Shown here one piece after another: positions 25,915-39,977 of a stretch of DNA of 64,000 nucleotides (within the stretch, counting starts at the first letter, position 1; the number at the start of each line of letters is the position of its first letter). The notes below the pieces were generated by a model. The model made no database searches. It was not told where the DNA came from and saw nothing but the letters and a program-made list of their open reading frames with translations. Both the position numbers and the translations under genes were made by a program. The stretch lies in assembly GCA_051362555.1 (NCBI GenBank), contig CM120640.1, forward strand, positions 19,654,001 through 19,718,000. Reading direction: 5' to 3'. The stretch is from Lingula anatina. Lineage: Eukaryota; Animalia; Brachiopoda.

Positions 25915-28900
25915 TGCATAAAATTTATTTGAAAATTACCAACAACCCAGCATTATAGACAGTAAACATAATAAATGATTTATTGCAAGCGTATTTAATG
26001 AGTTTTTTATTGGACCATAATACCATAAATCAACAACTTAAACAACCCAGCAAACTACTTCAACATAAGGAAAAAAGCTAGTGAAATAGGAAACAAATAT
26101 CTTCCCATATAACATATTCAAATTCATATATTTAAAACAAATACATAAGGTTTAAATTATTTTTTTCATCATATTTTTCATTGTCCAGCAAGAATTACTG
26201 CTCAACATTTGCATTTTGACCATTTTTTTTAAACAGTGGATTCAATTTCCATGTCTTTGTATCAACTCAATTCAGATATTAAAATCTATTACCACAGATC
26301 AACTTTTGAGTTGTATTCTTTTCCTTTATTTCTAAAATTCCATCAACAGCAAAAATACAACCATAGAACCATAATTACAATGTGTCTTCCCATATCCAAT
26401 GTTACTGAAAGCATTAAAGCAACAATTTCATGCATGGTATCTTATTTGTAATCAGTATGTAGCAGAAGCAATTTAACAACCACTTTGTGTTTTAAAAAAA
26501 TGCATGAATGTGCAACCATAAAACCTGAAGCATTACTGATAGTCCTAAGATAAAAAATGAATTGATGTTGCAGCATTTGTAAGCTGAGACAACAAAAGCC
26601 TGAGAAAGAAACAAAGGTATATCTGTTTCAGTTTATCCAAGAACACCTTAGGCCTAGCCGCCTAAGCAGTTCTGGATGATCGAAAATTATTTCCTCCAGT
26701 CTGAGGGAGCCCTGCTGTTCTTCTATATTAGTACACTGTTAAAGATACTCAAGAGAATTATTGTCTGTCTGGGAAACACTGAGCTTGGCCCAGGACTCAG
26801 ATGTAAAACAAAAATAAAGAAAATCAAATTATGGAAATATCCAGGGTGGTGACCTTGAATCCCAGTATAGAAAGTGCATATATGCATTAATACCACAGAT
26901 AATGCACTCATATATATATAGCAACCTACTACTATTAACATTTCAACCCCTTTCTGCTATACTTTTGTGGAAAGCCTCACAACAACCAAAGTGACAGAAC
27001 ATATGTTCCCATGATGAAGAAGTGCCATACAGCATGATATATATACCAACTTCATACAATTTGCAGCAGCAAGTAGTAAAGGCAGTTTAGGTGTGGTGCC
27101 CCACAGGACTTCTCTGCCCCAGCAGATATGTCCTAAGAACTTCTCCAGTTCTGCTTTAAAAGGACTTAAAAGCAACATGTTTAATTGTGAACAATAACTG
27201 TTGCTTATTATTGACTCATTTTTTCCATACATCTTCTTACTCGAAAAGAACTCTACCAATGAATGTTTTAAAAAAGTAAATTAATAATTTTTTCTGGGGT
27301 CCACTTATAAAAAATCACAACTCCCACCCATTAAGCCTTTGACGATTGACCTGATGTCCGATGAAGTGAACTGGAATAACCCCAGCTTGCAGAGAAAAAA
27401 CACACAGACAATGGCAGAAATGGTCATTTATGGGGATATTAGTACTATCTATGACAAGTCATCATCTGGGAGAATTTGATCAAGCAATGGGAAAAGAGAA
27501 ATGATGTTTGTAAAGTGGACATAACGACAAACATTCTGGAAATCATAGCATCGCTGTTCAGCTTAGTGTGAAGAAGAATAGAATGCACCAAGAAAACAGG
27601 GTTCAGGGAGGAGGCATGGTGCCAGCGTGTCTGAAATTATTCTATGAATTTCTCTTCTCTATACAATAACCCACGGAAAACTGTCTCCAGTGTTGTTGGC
27701 ACAGCCACTAAACTAGAATCAAAGTCATCTTAGTATGGCTATTGAAATTTCCTGAGCGTAATCGGTGTGGAAAGTAAAGAGGCCACGAGCAATCTGCGAT
27801 TAAACAGAGAATGCACTACCCCGGATAGAAAGAGCAGCATAAAAAATCAATGTACGGGCAAGAAAACAGCCTTCAATCAATGCTGCTGAATAACGTTATC
27901 TAAGGACAAAAGCACGAAGCATACACAATTATCCTGTTATTTCACCAATTCAAATCCTTTTTTCCAAGATTCATCAACCTATGGTATTTACATAAAAATT
28001 CATCCCTATTTATCACTGAGATTATGTCATAATTTTTCATTATCACTCTTTTTGTTCCTTCCTATTCTTTGCTTATGTGAGGACGAGTAACATATCTGAG
28101 AATCAATTTTTAATTTTCTTGCTCCATGAATTCAGGTCTTTTGTGATAAAACAGCCAATTTTCTTCTCTGAAAAAGTGCTCTGTAAAGTGATCACTTTTC
28201 CAGTTACAATGTCATGATGAACAATTACTGAAAAGATTGTTGTAGACACAATATCCTGTGTGAGGCTTTGTGTACGTGTTAAAGAGCAAGAAATATATCC
28301 GATGCCCTTTAACAACAAGAGCCCTTTGAATTGTAACTGAGTAATCATTTCCCTTAACTGTCCTTTTACCAGGAAAAGTCACGGTCAATAATAACAACCA
28401 TTCAAATACTAATTCCTTTTGAGAATGTCAGCTTGTCACCTTAAGTTTCAGAATCTATTGGAAACTTTCCTCCATAACCAGTCCTCATAAGTATTAACTG
28501 GACTTGTGACAGAGAGTATTACCAGTAGATAGAACTTGTGATAAAGAGTGTACGATGGGTAGAAGAAATATAAAGCTGACAATTAGTGTGAAGGGTATGG
28601 GTTGCTGCATATGTCTAGTCCTGTCAATACCTAGTCCCCGATTTTTTGGTTTGAAAAGTGATTCATAATGGTAAATTTAATTATAGTTTTTATAAATGGG
28701 TCAGAATGGCCAGGTTGAAATATCCAAATGTTCATACATACAATGGTGAATTCTTTTTCCAGGGGCTCTTAACATTCATTTTTATTCAAAGGTGTAAGTT
28801 TAACTTTTCATAGAAAAGGCAATGAGCAGACTGACTGACTACTTACCATTTGAATACAGTAAAATCTGATTTTCCACGAGAATACTGGTGAAAACAAGGA

Positions 28901-31900
28901 GCACATTTTCTACACCAAGTAATTCAAACATCTCCTTTAGAGGAAAGTCAAACAGTGGCAGTTCATTAATACCTGAAATGCAAAAGAAAAGTATCTAGTT
29001 TGAAACTGAGCATGTGCAATACACACATTTTTGATCTAATTTTTTTATGCAAGTATATGCTGTTCAAAAACTCAAAATGAATTCCTTTGCTGAATGAGTG
29101 TGAGGGAACACCTCTTGTGAATTGGTACTTTTTAACAATAAATCTCTAGTTCTAATTATAGCTTCATAACTATGTGAAGGTTCATAAAATTAATTCATTA
29201 ATAAAAGTTTATCTAACTTGACAATGAAGCAGAAATCACAATCACATATAATTTTATAAATAATCACCGCACTCGCAAATACCACACACACTCTACATAT
29301 CATCCAGAAGCATGCATGCACACCCACATACACTTCTCTCAGTGTCACTTCAAAGAAACTTTACAAATGTCTACAGTAATAGAACAAATTGCAAGTGCCC
29401 AGTTTCTATCTGGAAAAGGTCATTTTTGCTCTCTATTTGATGCTGAACTAGACAAATGTCAATGGACAATAACACTGGGTATGAAAGGCTAATCTAAAGA
29501 TAATGGAAATTATCTGCAAGTTCAGAAGCACATGTCTAAGCATTATTCTCTCTTCTTCACTCTTTGAATCCAAGAAACTGATACTTAAATAGACCTTAAA
29601 AAGGAATAAATAAATAAATAATTAAACTAATGAATTATGCAGTTGCTTTAAGAATGACTGAATTAAAAATAGAATGGTATTTATAGAACCTGCAAATGAC
29701 ATACAAATTGAGACAAATTCTCTTTAATTCTGGTTAGCAACATTTCATAACAGAATTCTACAATAGAGTGCATACCTCTCTCTCTCTCTCTCTCATTATC
29801 TCAAGACACTAGCTAAAGAGACGTCCCTACGAATAGAGTATCACACTCCTTCACTTCTAATAATCATAATATCTTTTTTTTTCAGTAGATAGCCCATTAC
29901 CTGGTCTTTGGCACACAATTTCTCTGTCTAAACAATGAAATCTGAGGCTCCGTCCTGGGGGCATCAGAGGCACTTCATACAGAACATTATACACATAACT
30001 CTCCAGTGGCAATGTTGGGGGTTCTCTAGAAGCGATAGCCATGTGGAGTAATGTCAGATACTTCTTGCAGGCAGCTACAAAAGGGAGAGGAGTCAGAAGA
30101 CAAATGCATTTGGTGACAAACAAATGGTCTTTCTCCATATCATACAAGTTGTCGGGATTTTGCAAATGTTGTTTGCGCTGTGGTCGAGGGGTGCTGGGAT
30201 CGTACACTGAACCCAAATGCGAATATAATGTCCTTGACTGGTCATTGCTCAGCTCTGCCAAGTGCATCGAATGTAATGTCTTCATGGCAGCACATATTTG
30301 TTGGTTGACTACTTCTTCGTAAAAAAGATATGCAGACCCGTATGTTCGTGACCCATCTTCCCTGGTGATGATAAAGGTGTGGAAGCTTGGCTGGCGTTTC
30401 TGCTTCAGGGTGCGAAATGTCAGCCCTTTGGGTAGACAAAGCTGCAAATAGCAAATCAAATTTGGGTAATTGTAGGCAAAATATCAAAATATGATGATTA
30501 TTGAAATCCCAGAAATAATTTTCATATCAATCTCAAATAACATCCCTTAATGAGCGGATGGACAAGTCTTATAATTAAGGGATAATAAGGAAAGCCCAGT
30601 TGTCATCAGCAGATAACAAAGCTGTATATCCATTTCTCAAATATTTTTAAATACATTGCTTTTAAGATGGTAAATAATAATGGCCACCAATTAATACATC
30701 TCAGACCTACCGACAGGTTTTAAATTTTATGACTGCCATGATATCTCTTTAAAAGCTTTCTGATTCTCAAAACCTGAAAGAGTTTTCATGTTTATGGGCC
30801 ATAAGACTCCAAAAATACCATTCCAGCAACAGATGTTTTAGAATCATACTACTAAGTAAGCTTGGAATCAATAGTTCAAGTGAGACCATACATGAGAGCC
30901 CTAGCCACAGTGGCATTCTGATGTATAATCAATATGCATGTAAACCGGGTAGTGTCAATGATTAACTAGATATTCACTGGCAAGGTTTTCAAAATCTTCA
31001 GTACTAAAATATATTTCTTCCCAAGTACATATTATTTTTCATTTAATGAGCAATGAGAATCAAGTCAACCTGCCAAAATGTATTTAGATGAAAAATAAGT
31101 TGAACACAACCATGACAAAAACAAGTCAATACTGTTGATAATTTACTTTCTTAGTATATTTTAAACTCAGGGGGATTGGGGGGGGGAGAGGCTCAGACCA
31201 AAGTCCATTACAATCATTTTCAATGGAGAGGAAACATCTAAAACAAACCTATTGTTGGCAGTGAAATATTCACCGGAAAACATATCATATGTATTATCTG
31301 AGATAAATGCCCTGTGCTGGTAAAGGAAACAACACATATTCAGTTCTGGTGGGTTTAAAATAATAATGCTGTAATTGTACAACTTCTGCTTGATCAAATG
31401 TCATCGGAAGAGTAGAATACACATATTGCTTGCATTTTTACATTCTTTTAAAAAAGAAGCATAAAAAGCAGACAGCAATAAATATGAAATATAAAAGAAC
31501 TCCCAGTAAGTTCCATGTCAGGAAGGCAATGGGTGGGTGGGTTATATAGGAGCCACTACTATAGATAATCACATCAAGGAAAAGTAAGATATAGCAATAA
31601 CTGAAATTATTGACTTGGAACTAACTTGATATCAAATATTCAATAAATATATACCAAAAGCAATAACTGTAGCTGGCTTATCTGCAAGGATATCAATGAA
31701 TACCACTGTATGAGATTTGACAGGTGACTATACTCAGGGTCAAAGAAATACTCTGTAAGGGTATCCATGCAAACATGTCTAAGTTTATTCATATCCTTTA
31801 TGTATCATGAGGTGTCATATCTATACATTGTCTGGGGTAGCGCTAGCAATTTTTTTCACTTAGCCAAATCACCATATTTTTGTCAATTTGTTATCAAAAT

Positions 31901-34900
31901 GGTTATAATTTGGCTTAAACATGTCAAATCAAGCCCCTTTTCTTTAGCCAATTTAAGTCAGTTTTAGCATTTGGCTAAATTGGCGAGTGTTAGCGCTACC
32001 CCAGATTGTGATATGTTAAAACTTAAGGTATAAAAGAATACTTAAATCATCTTCAAATTTTTTATGTCAAACAATGTTCATGTGCATATATATGTAATAT
32101 TTATGTGACAGGTCTCAGTACTTGTACTAAATAACTATCATTAAATTGCATCATTGGCACTAAATTTCATTTCTCTGATTAAAAACATATATTTTGAAAA
32201 AAAAAAATGTTACTACTAAGGGAATCTGATTATCCTAATGAGAACTCCTGTTCTTTTCAAAATTTTCAAATAAATCTCTAAACCATGTCTGCCAAGAGAA
32301 TAATATGATGAACGTCATCGCCTTGCATCTTGCAGAGACATTAAGGCCTATGTTGTTTATAATGACCAAAGGGTGCACTAAATGAGGCCAATAATAAAAA
32401 GATGGATATGTCTAACATCAAGCACCACTAGAGCCTATGTCCAATTACATTGCCACAATCTGTCTGGCTACTCAGTGATGGAGCAATAGCCACTGACATC
32501 AGACTGCACCAAAAATATAAGCACTGGAACATGAACTCATCTGAGAGAATATTCAGAAACAACATAAGAGTATAAGTTTTTGTTAATTGCCTCTATATAT
32601 TCTTGTTATGCAACATTTACAAATATATTTTAACATGTTTTCTTTGAGAAAAATATCCTGCAACTGGGAATCAGGAAGTACCAGATGAACTCACTTGAAC
32701 AAAGCAATGCATTCTGTGCTTAAAATAAAGCACTCCAGGATGTAACTATGGTACTGATAAATGAAAACAAATGCTTCACACAATACAATGATTTCTGATT
32801 GCAGCTGTGTTTTTATTCTGGACCTATGTTTATCACTACACTTCTCTAGCTGCTTTTCTCTGCTTGCACTTTTATATCAGCTGTACCAATGTTCAAACAA
32901 AAACACTGCAGGCAAAAGACATTTCAAAAGACAAGAAATAGAGACACTTAACAACAATACTTACACAAGATGTACTGTGGTAATATTGGGAATATAATAA
33001 ATTTTATAAATTCTGCAATTCTAGTTCATGTAAATTTTAAGAAACCATTTTTTAATTAAAACATATAGGACAATAAATTTGTTCAGCTGATGTTCAAATT
33101 ACTTTTTTAAATGCTACTAAACACATTAACTATCTATCTATCTATCTATGACATGCTATGTTTCTCCTCCTATTTTAATTCACCAAAATATTCATGAGAT
33201 CATTCTCATATGCAAATTGTTCACCACCTAAGGTTTAAAACAATCGGGTACCATATATGTTCTGTGGTAAGTTATAGTCACAAAAACTTTCAGTAAAATA
33301 ATTTGGTGTACATCTTTCATATGCAGAGAACATTGTATAAATAAATCAAGAATTAGTATTACAGTTTTTTTCAATAAATTAAATTGCTATAAGCAAAAGA
33401 TAGGACTACAGAGTAATAACTTTAGAAGAAACAAGCTTTGTATGATTTATTTTACAATTACCTTCCCAAACTACCCATTTTTATGGCATTTATTTTCAGT
33501 GAAATAGCATAAATAAAAATAGTAAACAAACCTTTCGAAAAGTGTATAAAGTAAACAAACCTTTTGAAAAGTGTATTAAGTTTCAACCAGGAAAGTGTAT
33601 TCAGCTAAAGTTTCAAAACAGCAGGAGTTGAAAAATAAGTGACAGACTGGAAACTATAAATGTCAGATGACTATATACCTAACTAGCAGATCATTTTTCA
33701 CTTTGCTCTATAATACCTAGGAGCAAAAACATGGGTGGGATATCATGTAAGTTGAAACATAACAGTATATGTAAGGCTTTAACTGGTCAAACAAAGTTAC
33801 TGTCATTATTATTTTTTTCAATGATAATCATCATTCTTATTGTCAACATTATTGTTATGATCATGACGTTGCATTATTATTTCTGGATAAAGTAATTTTT
33901 TACATAATTTTTGAATTCTTTGGTGAAGTATTTTTCAGAATATGTATGTGCAAATTCAAGCAACATCAATCATGTATGTATTACAAAAGCTGGTTGGTTT
34001 ACATTATGAAGGCCAGGGCAATTCTGCTAATCAATACAATGGAACAATATACCATGAACATGTTTAAAACATAAAAAATCCATTGGTCAATTTTAAATAT
34101 CTCACACTAATCAACATGCCAGTCCATGAGCAACATCCCGATATCCATCACAAATTCATTTACTATAGGTTAATTCACAATGATATATTATTCTACGTAC
34201 CCACTGTATATCTGCATGCCTGTCTCTCAGGTTGAGATAGTGACAGTGAGGGTGTTGTCAACTTAAGAAGACAATAAACACAAACTTTTTTCAGCGAAAT
34301 ACAAGATCTTATTAAAGGACTATGGTACTACATAACCAAACACATTGTTTAATCTAAAGAAGTTAGAAAAGGAAAGAAACATGCTCTCTACCCCCCCCCC
34401 CCCCCCCCAACGACTTTGAACGTCACTAAAAATATCTACTTATATCAAACCAAACCACAGCTGTCATTCAGTTTACCATGCTCCACACTGTTATCATAGA
34501 TAACATGTTAACCAACAGGAAACAAAATTTTTAAACACTGTTTTTTTTTTTGTTTTTTCTTGGTCTTTGCTTAACATTTTAAAGTGATTATATTATTCTG
34601 TAGAAAAAAGGATGTCCATTTGATTCACATGTTATGAAGACAGAAAACCCGTTTTGGTCTTATAATTTGCTGAAAGATTCTCATTTGTGAAAATGTCATA
34701 TGTGTCAGGTATGAGTAAATTTTGCTGCCAAATAAGCAGACTAATCATTAAAAAAAAAAACTCAAAACCTGACCTGAAATTGTTTCATACTTACCATACC
34801 CACTGCATCTTTATCGAATGGATTCCAAGGAACATTTTCTGGGAAATGTGCTAACACCTTGGACTTGTAAGGTCTATCTAGTGGCAAGCAGTGCAGATTA

Positions 34901-35918
34901 TCGCCTGGAATAAAAACAGGATGCCTTCCAAAACCATCAATAACTATGCTAAATATAGATAATACATTAACAAAGGCTATACTAAGTACCTCTGTAGATC
35001 TATATGTGCCACTCATTACCTGTCCCCATTAACCCAAATTTGTATTCATGCTAAAAAAACAAAACAATACCTGTAAACAAACAGACACGTAATACGTACA
35101 CTACTACCAGTATTCTGTAAGCACTAACAAACAGTAAATAATGATAAATTCAGAAAATAAATATAATGCTCTCTTGCTATGATATTCAACTATGGATATT
35201 TACTGTTATCTTAGCTAGTTATACTGCCCTACATATTGATTTAACCACAGGACATTATTATTGATATATAAAGATAGGTTGCCCTTGTCAATAAATAGAC
35301 TAGGGTTCAAACTTAGCATTTGCCAGCTTGTCCAGTGGTATAAAGCCTGGCCACTCTGTTTATTTTTGGGAAGTAAATTTATGTCTCAAAGAAACAAAAT
35401 TTTAAATGAAAATTGTTGAAGAGTTCAGGAAAAACGCTGTCCATAATAATGTAATATGCTGTATAAAACGCATTAAAAAGTATTTGCCATATACCAGGTT
35501 TCACAGCAAGTCTTTCTTGTTACTCCTTTACTAACTCCTATGAAATATCTGGGCTGCGCTTAATGTCATCAAAAACGTGATATAGTAAAATAAACAAATC
35601 TTTACACTGATACATGCAATGGTATATCAATCACATTCAGTGTTATATAGATGAAAAACCATGTTCAGACTAAGGGATAGCCCTACAAATTCTGTCTAAA
35701 AATAACCATCTTCCCTGTAAGTATTGTACACACGTCTACACACGACTGCATGTAGATCTAGCGCAAAGATTAGGGTGTCTGTCTTTGATTGTGTTCAAAA
35801 CTTGGAACGGGAATTCCCTACCTGACAGCTGATCGGGCTCTAGTCCAGAGGCAAGGTCCAACCCCGCTATTACGAAGTAATCGGCGAACCGACTCCCTCC
35901 TGCTGGACTTGAGGACAT
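9416..35918 (-). CDS. DENND5: DENN domain-containing protein 5 (Rab6-interacting protein 1; uDENN-cDENN-dDENN, RUN1, PLAT, RUN2), 22 exons, ~1313 aa
   Basis: Exons (minus): 35918-35822, 34904-34795, 30441-29901, 28972-28847, 24619-24435, 24026-23168, 22787-22640, 22429-22339, 19814-19689, 19399-19244, 18654-18558, 16135-15979, 15652-15524, 15132-15011, 12710-12565, 12378-12260, 11982-11885, 11621-11550, 11176-11094, 10706-10580, 10118-9950, 9599-9416. Total 3942 nt, in frame, all introns GT-AG. Diagnostic peptides: [137 protein letters not shown]. Confidence 0.96.
10322..10489. mobile_element. MITE, 168 bp, in DENND5 intron 20
   Basis: Terminal inverted repeats CAGGGGCGGAT...ATCCGCCCCTG, flanked on both sides by TTATT (apparent 5-bp TSD). 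No coding capacity. Confidence 0.8.
12456..12528 (-). pseudogene. Decayed tandem duplicate of the 3' half of DENND5 exon 15 (pseudo-exon fragment)
   Basis: Gap-free alignment to exon 15 with about 33/42 nt identity. It translates [17 protein letters not shown] versus exon [18 protein letters not shown], with an in-frame TGA. Confidence 0.7.
12939..14995. mobile_element. Non-autonomous Helentron-associated (HINE/DINE-1-like) element, copy 1, in DENND5 intron 14
   Basis: One end is AACAAGGCAGCAAAGCTGTCAAATGTACAGACA. The other end has a GC-rich (GGCATC/GGCGAC)n microsatellite, then a perfect hairpin TATGTACAGACAC-ATCT-GTGTCTGTACATA, then an A-run. ATGTACAGACA forms a subterminal inverted repeat. 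There are internal duplicated modules (~13110-13410 vs ~13410-13765; ~13765-14165 vs ~14168-14570). A second copy lies at 45364-46858. Family assignment rests on structural analogy. Confidence 0.8.
17647..17685. repeat. Imperfect (TG)n microsatellite
   Basis: Read directly; lies in DENND5 intron 11. Confidence 0.8.
21025..21064. repeat. Imperfect (AC)n microsatellite
   Basis: Read directly; lies in DENND5 intron 8. A long poly-A run follows at ~21215-21241. Confidence 0.8.
25844..25910. repeat. (AG)n microsatellite
   Basis: Perfect AG run of about 33 units in DENND5 intron 4. Confidence 0.97.
31832..32004. mobile_element. MITE, 173 bp, copy 1 (DENND5 intron 2)
   Basis: TIRs CTGGGGTAGCGCTA...TAGCGCTACCCCAG, internal inverted TTAGCCAAAT/ATTTGGCTAA motifs, and ATTGT on both flanks. 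A homologous copy lies at 57197-57368. Confidence 0.85.
33521..33578. repeat. 29-bp tandem duplication
   Basis: AGTAAACAAACCTTTCGAAAAGTGTATAA followed by AGTAAACAAACCTTTTGAAAAGTGTATTA, with a partial third unit after. Confidence 0.8.
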
Positions 35919-36255
35919 TCTTAAACTTTCTCCACACTTAGAATGGGAATAACTGTGAATTAGTTTCCAAAGACATCATCCTTACGCTGCCTTGTCTTAT
36001 GACTTGCGCAAACAACTGACGAAAAATGCGTCATGATTTCCTCCCGTTAGAGGCCTCTGTATTCAAGACAAAATACAAGGAAGTGAAATGTATTAAAAAA
36101 CTAGTAATTTCTATCTATCCACTTAAGAAAAATAATTTTCTATTGAATCATTCCGAAAATGCAACCTTTACAGCTCGTTGCTCAAGAAAGCAAGCAAGAA
36201 ATACGTTTTGTCTTATCTTGGTTAACCCATATTGCACCACCCCCATCTGGAGGAT
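35919..36255. promoter_or_regulatory. Bidirectional promoter DENND5/HINT2
   Basis: Only 337 bp between divergent start codons (35918 minus, 36256 plus). Locally CpG-enriched, with an ETS-like AGGAAGTG near 36078. Confidence 0.6.
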
Positions 36256-37811
<1,556 letters not shown>

Positions 37812-38448
37812 AATAAAACTTTCTTCAAACTTAACATTTAGCTCAATGGTTAATCCAGGAGTGCCATTTGAATAACATAAGTAATGCTCCTCTCAAAGAA
37901 AGATCAGGTAAACAAGAAGGCAGCTTTATATAGGTAATAATGCAGAATAAATTTCATAATTTTTTCTTAAACTTTTCCAATGAAAGCAAATTACTTAGAA
38001 CAATAAATATGACAACTGCCTTTTTTCCTTAGACTGTATACGACATTTTGTGAAACAAATATTCCTTGTGAAACTTTTAAAGCCTCCTTTGCTAGACATG
38101 CCTTTAAGCAACTGCAGCTGGTTGTGATAACATGCATATTGGTATTTATTTAAAAAAAAAAAAACTTGCAATGAAGTCCCATGGAAGTAAATGGCATTTG
38201 GAAGATTTAGCTGTTAATGTCCCAGTTGCAAGGCATTAATTGGCAATTAATGCCTACTGGTAAGTAGTGATGGCCTAATTAATGCCTTACAAGAAAATAT
38301 AGATCTCATCTCTCAAGAGTTTGCAGTGTTAATTATTTGCAAACTATTAATCTGACAGTTTCTGCTGTCTGTAGTTTTTTTCAAATAAGTATTTAGAACA
38401 TTTTAACAATGTTGATCACATTGTACAATTCAAATCATTGAAAAAAAT

Positions 38449-38481
38449 AATAAATGGAAGAATTGGAAGCTTGAATTTATT
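38449..38481. terminator. Convergent poly(A) signals of HINT2 (+) and ARID2 (-)
   Basis: AATAAA at 38449-38454 faces TTTATT at 38476-38481, with another TTTATT at ~38500. HINT2 also has proximal AATAAA sites near 37812, 37946 and 38002. Confidence 0.4.
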
Positions 38482-39977
38482 TATGTCAAATAATTTACAT
38501 TTATTCATAAATCTATTATACACAGCAACACTATAACTCCTGTTGTAAGTTTGGAAAAAGTACAACATAATTATTTAATATAAATAAATAGAAAACTGGA
38601 AACCTGAATGATGAATGAGCCCTTAGTTCTCACTTCAAATGCAGCTACATAAATATTTATCCACAACTACCAATTAATAATATACAAACCCCTTAGAACT
38701 CTGTGTGCTATTAAATGGTCCAAAGAGAGAAATGCACTTGCATCCCTATCAAAATAGCTTGGAATGCCAAATTATGTGCAAAAATACTGTATATACAATT
38801 TTAATAGCAACATTTGTTTATACAGCAATGAATGCAATTCAAATATAACAGCATGGGATTCATCGATGTAACATATCAAAGCTAATTCTCTGAAATACTA
38901 AAATATATTTACTTCTTGAAATTTACAAAGCCATATTGCTCTGCACCTGGATAATTCCATATTATTCAGAAAAATCTGTGAATTGGACACTCCATTTGCC
39001 TGGCATATTTCTCACTCAGACCCTTAATAAGAGTATCAAATCTATACCCCACTGTCTACACTGCACTGTTAATACCTTTCTAATTACCAAATCATGCTGG
39101 TTCACACATTTCAACATTTACAACATAACAAATGGCTGATGTATTAAAAAATAATAATAAAATATAATACTCAAGCCATTAACAGCAACTAAATTCGAGA
39201 CTGAACTGGGAACCAATACCAACATAACCAGTATATGACCATCAAAGAGTTATCTTATGCCCTAAGTCTATCAAAGTAAGCAACAAACACCAAACAAAAT
39301 CAGTCACCCTGTAGATTAGAAAAAATTTTCACTGAATATGTCCGACTAAAAAAAAGGTAACATAATTTCTCATACTGAAAGTGTAACCAGTCTTTACGAG
39401 GCTTCAAACATCTGCACCAATATACCAAGAGCTGATATTTAGATCTATAAGGCAGTATCACAATGCCCACAAATATCAAAATGTAAGAAGGTGATAGAAG
39501 CATTGCAGCAAGTGTAGTTTTTAGGTATTACATCACCCCTACCATATTTCAGTTCGGAGTTTATTCTGGCACAGTGACTTTAGGGTCCTTTCCAAAGGAA
39601 AACTCTTATCTCAAGCTTTAATTAAATGACCTTGTTATAACCAGGAAACAACAATTCCACTGATCATTTTAATGCATGAGTAGCAAGTTATGACAGATTT
39701 GAAACACAATTAGCTCCTGCAATGCAGCCTATATTGTTGATCTTTCTTGTGATATCCCAAGACATTCTTCTTCCTAGGTCCTTAGCTATATAAGTATCAC
39801 CAATGTATCCTTTCTACCTTCAAGTTTGATATATAGTAATGACCGGCGCAATGGATGTTACCAACAGCTAAGTTCCTGCTAAGGCTCTATCAGAGTCTCC
39901 TTGTGCTTTCTGATTTCACAATAATCAAATCTTAGCTTATCCACCCAGACCTAGATATATGCCCATCTTCATGGAGT

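Noticed and set aside
33521-33600. Short direct repeats resembling a CRISPR array
   Set aside because: Only two adjacent 29-bp units with no unique spacers, in a eukaryotic intron with no cas genes.
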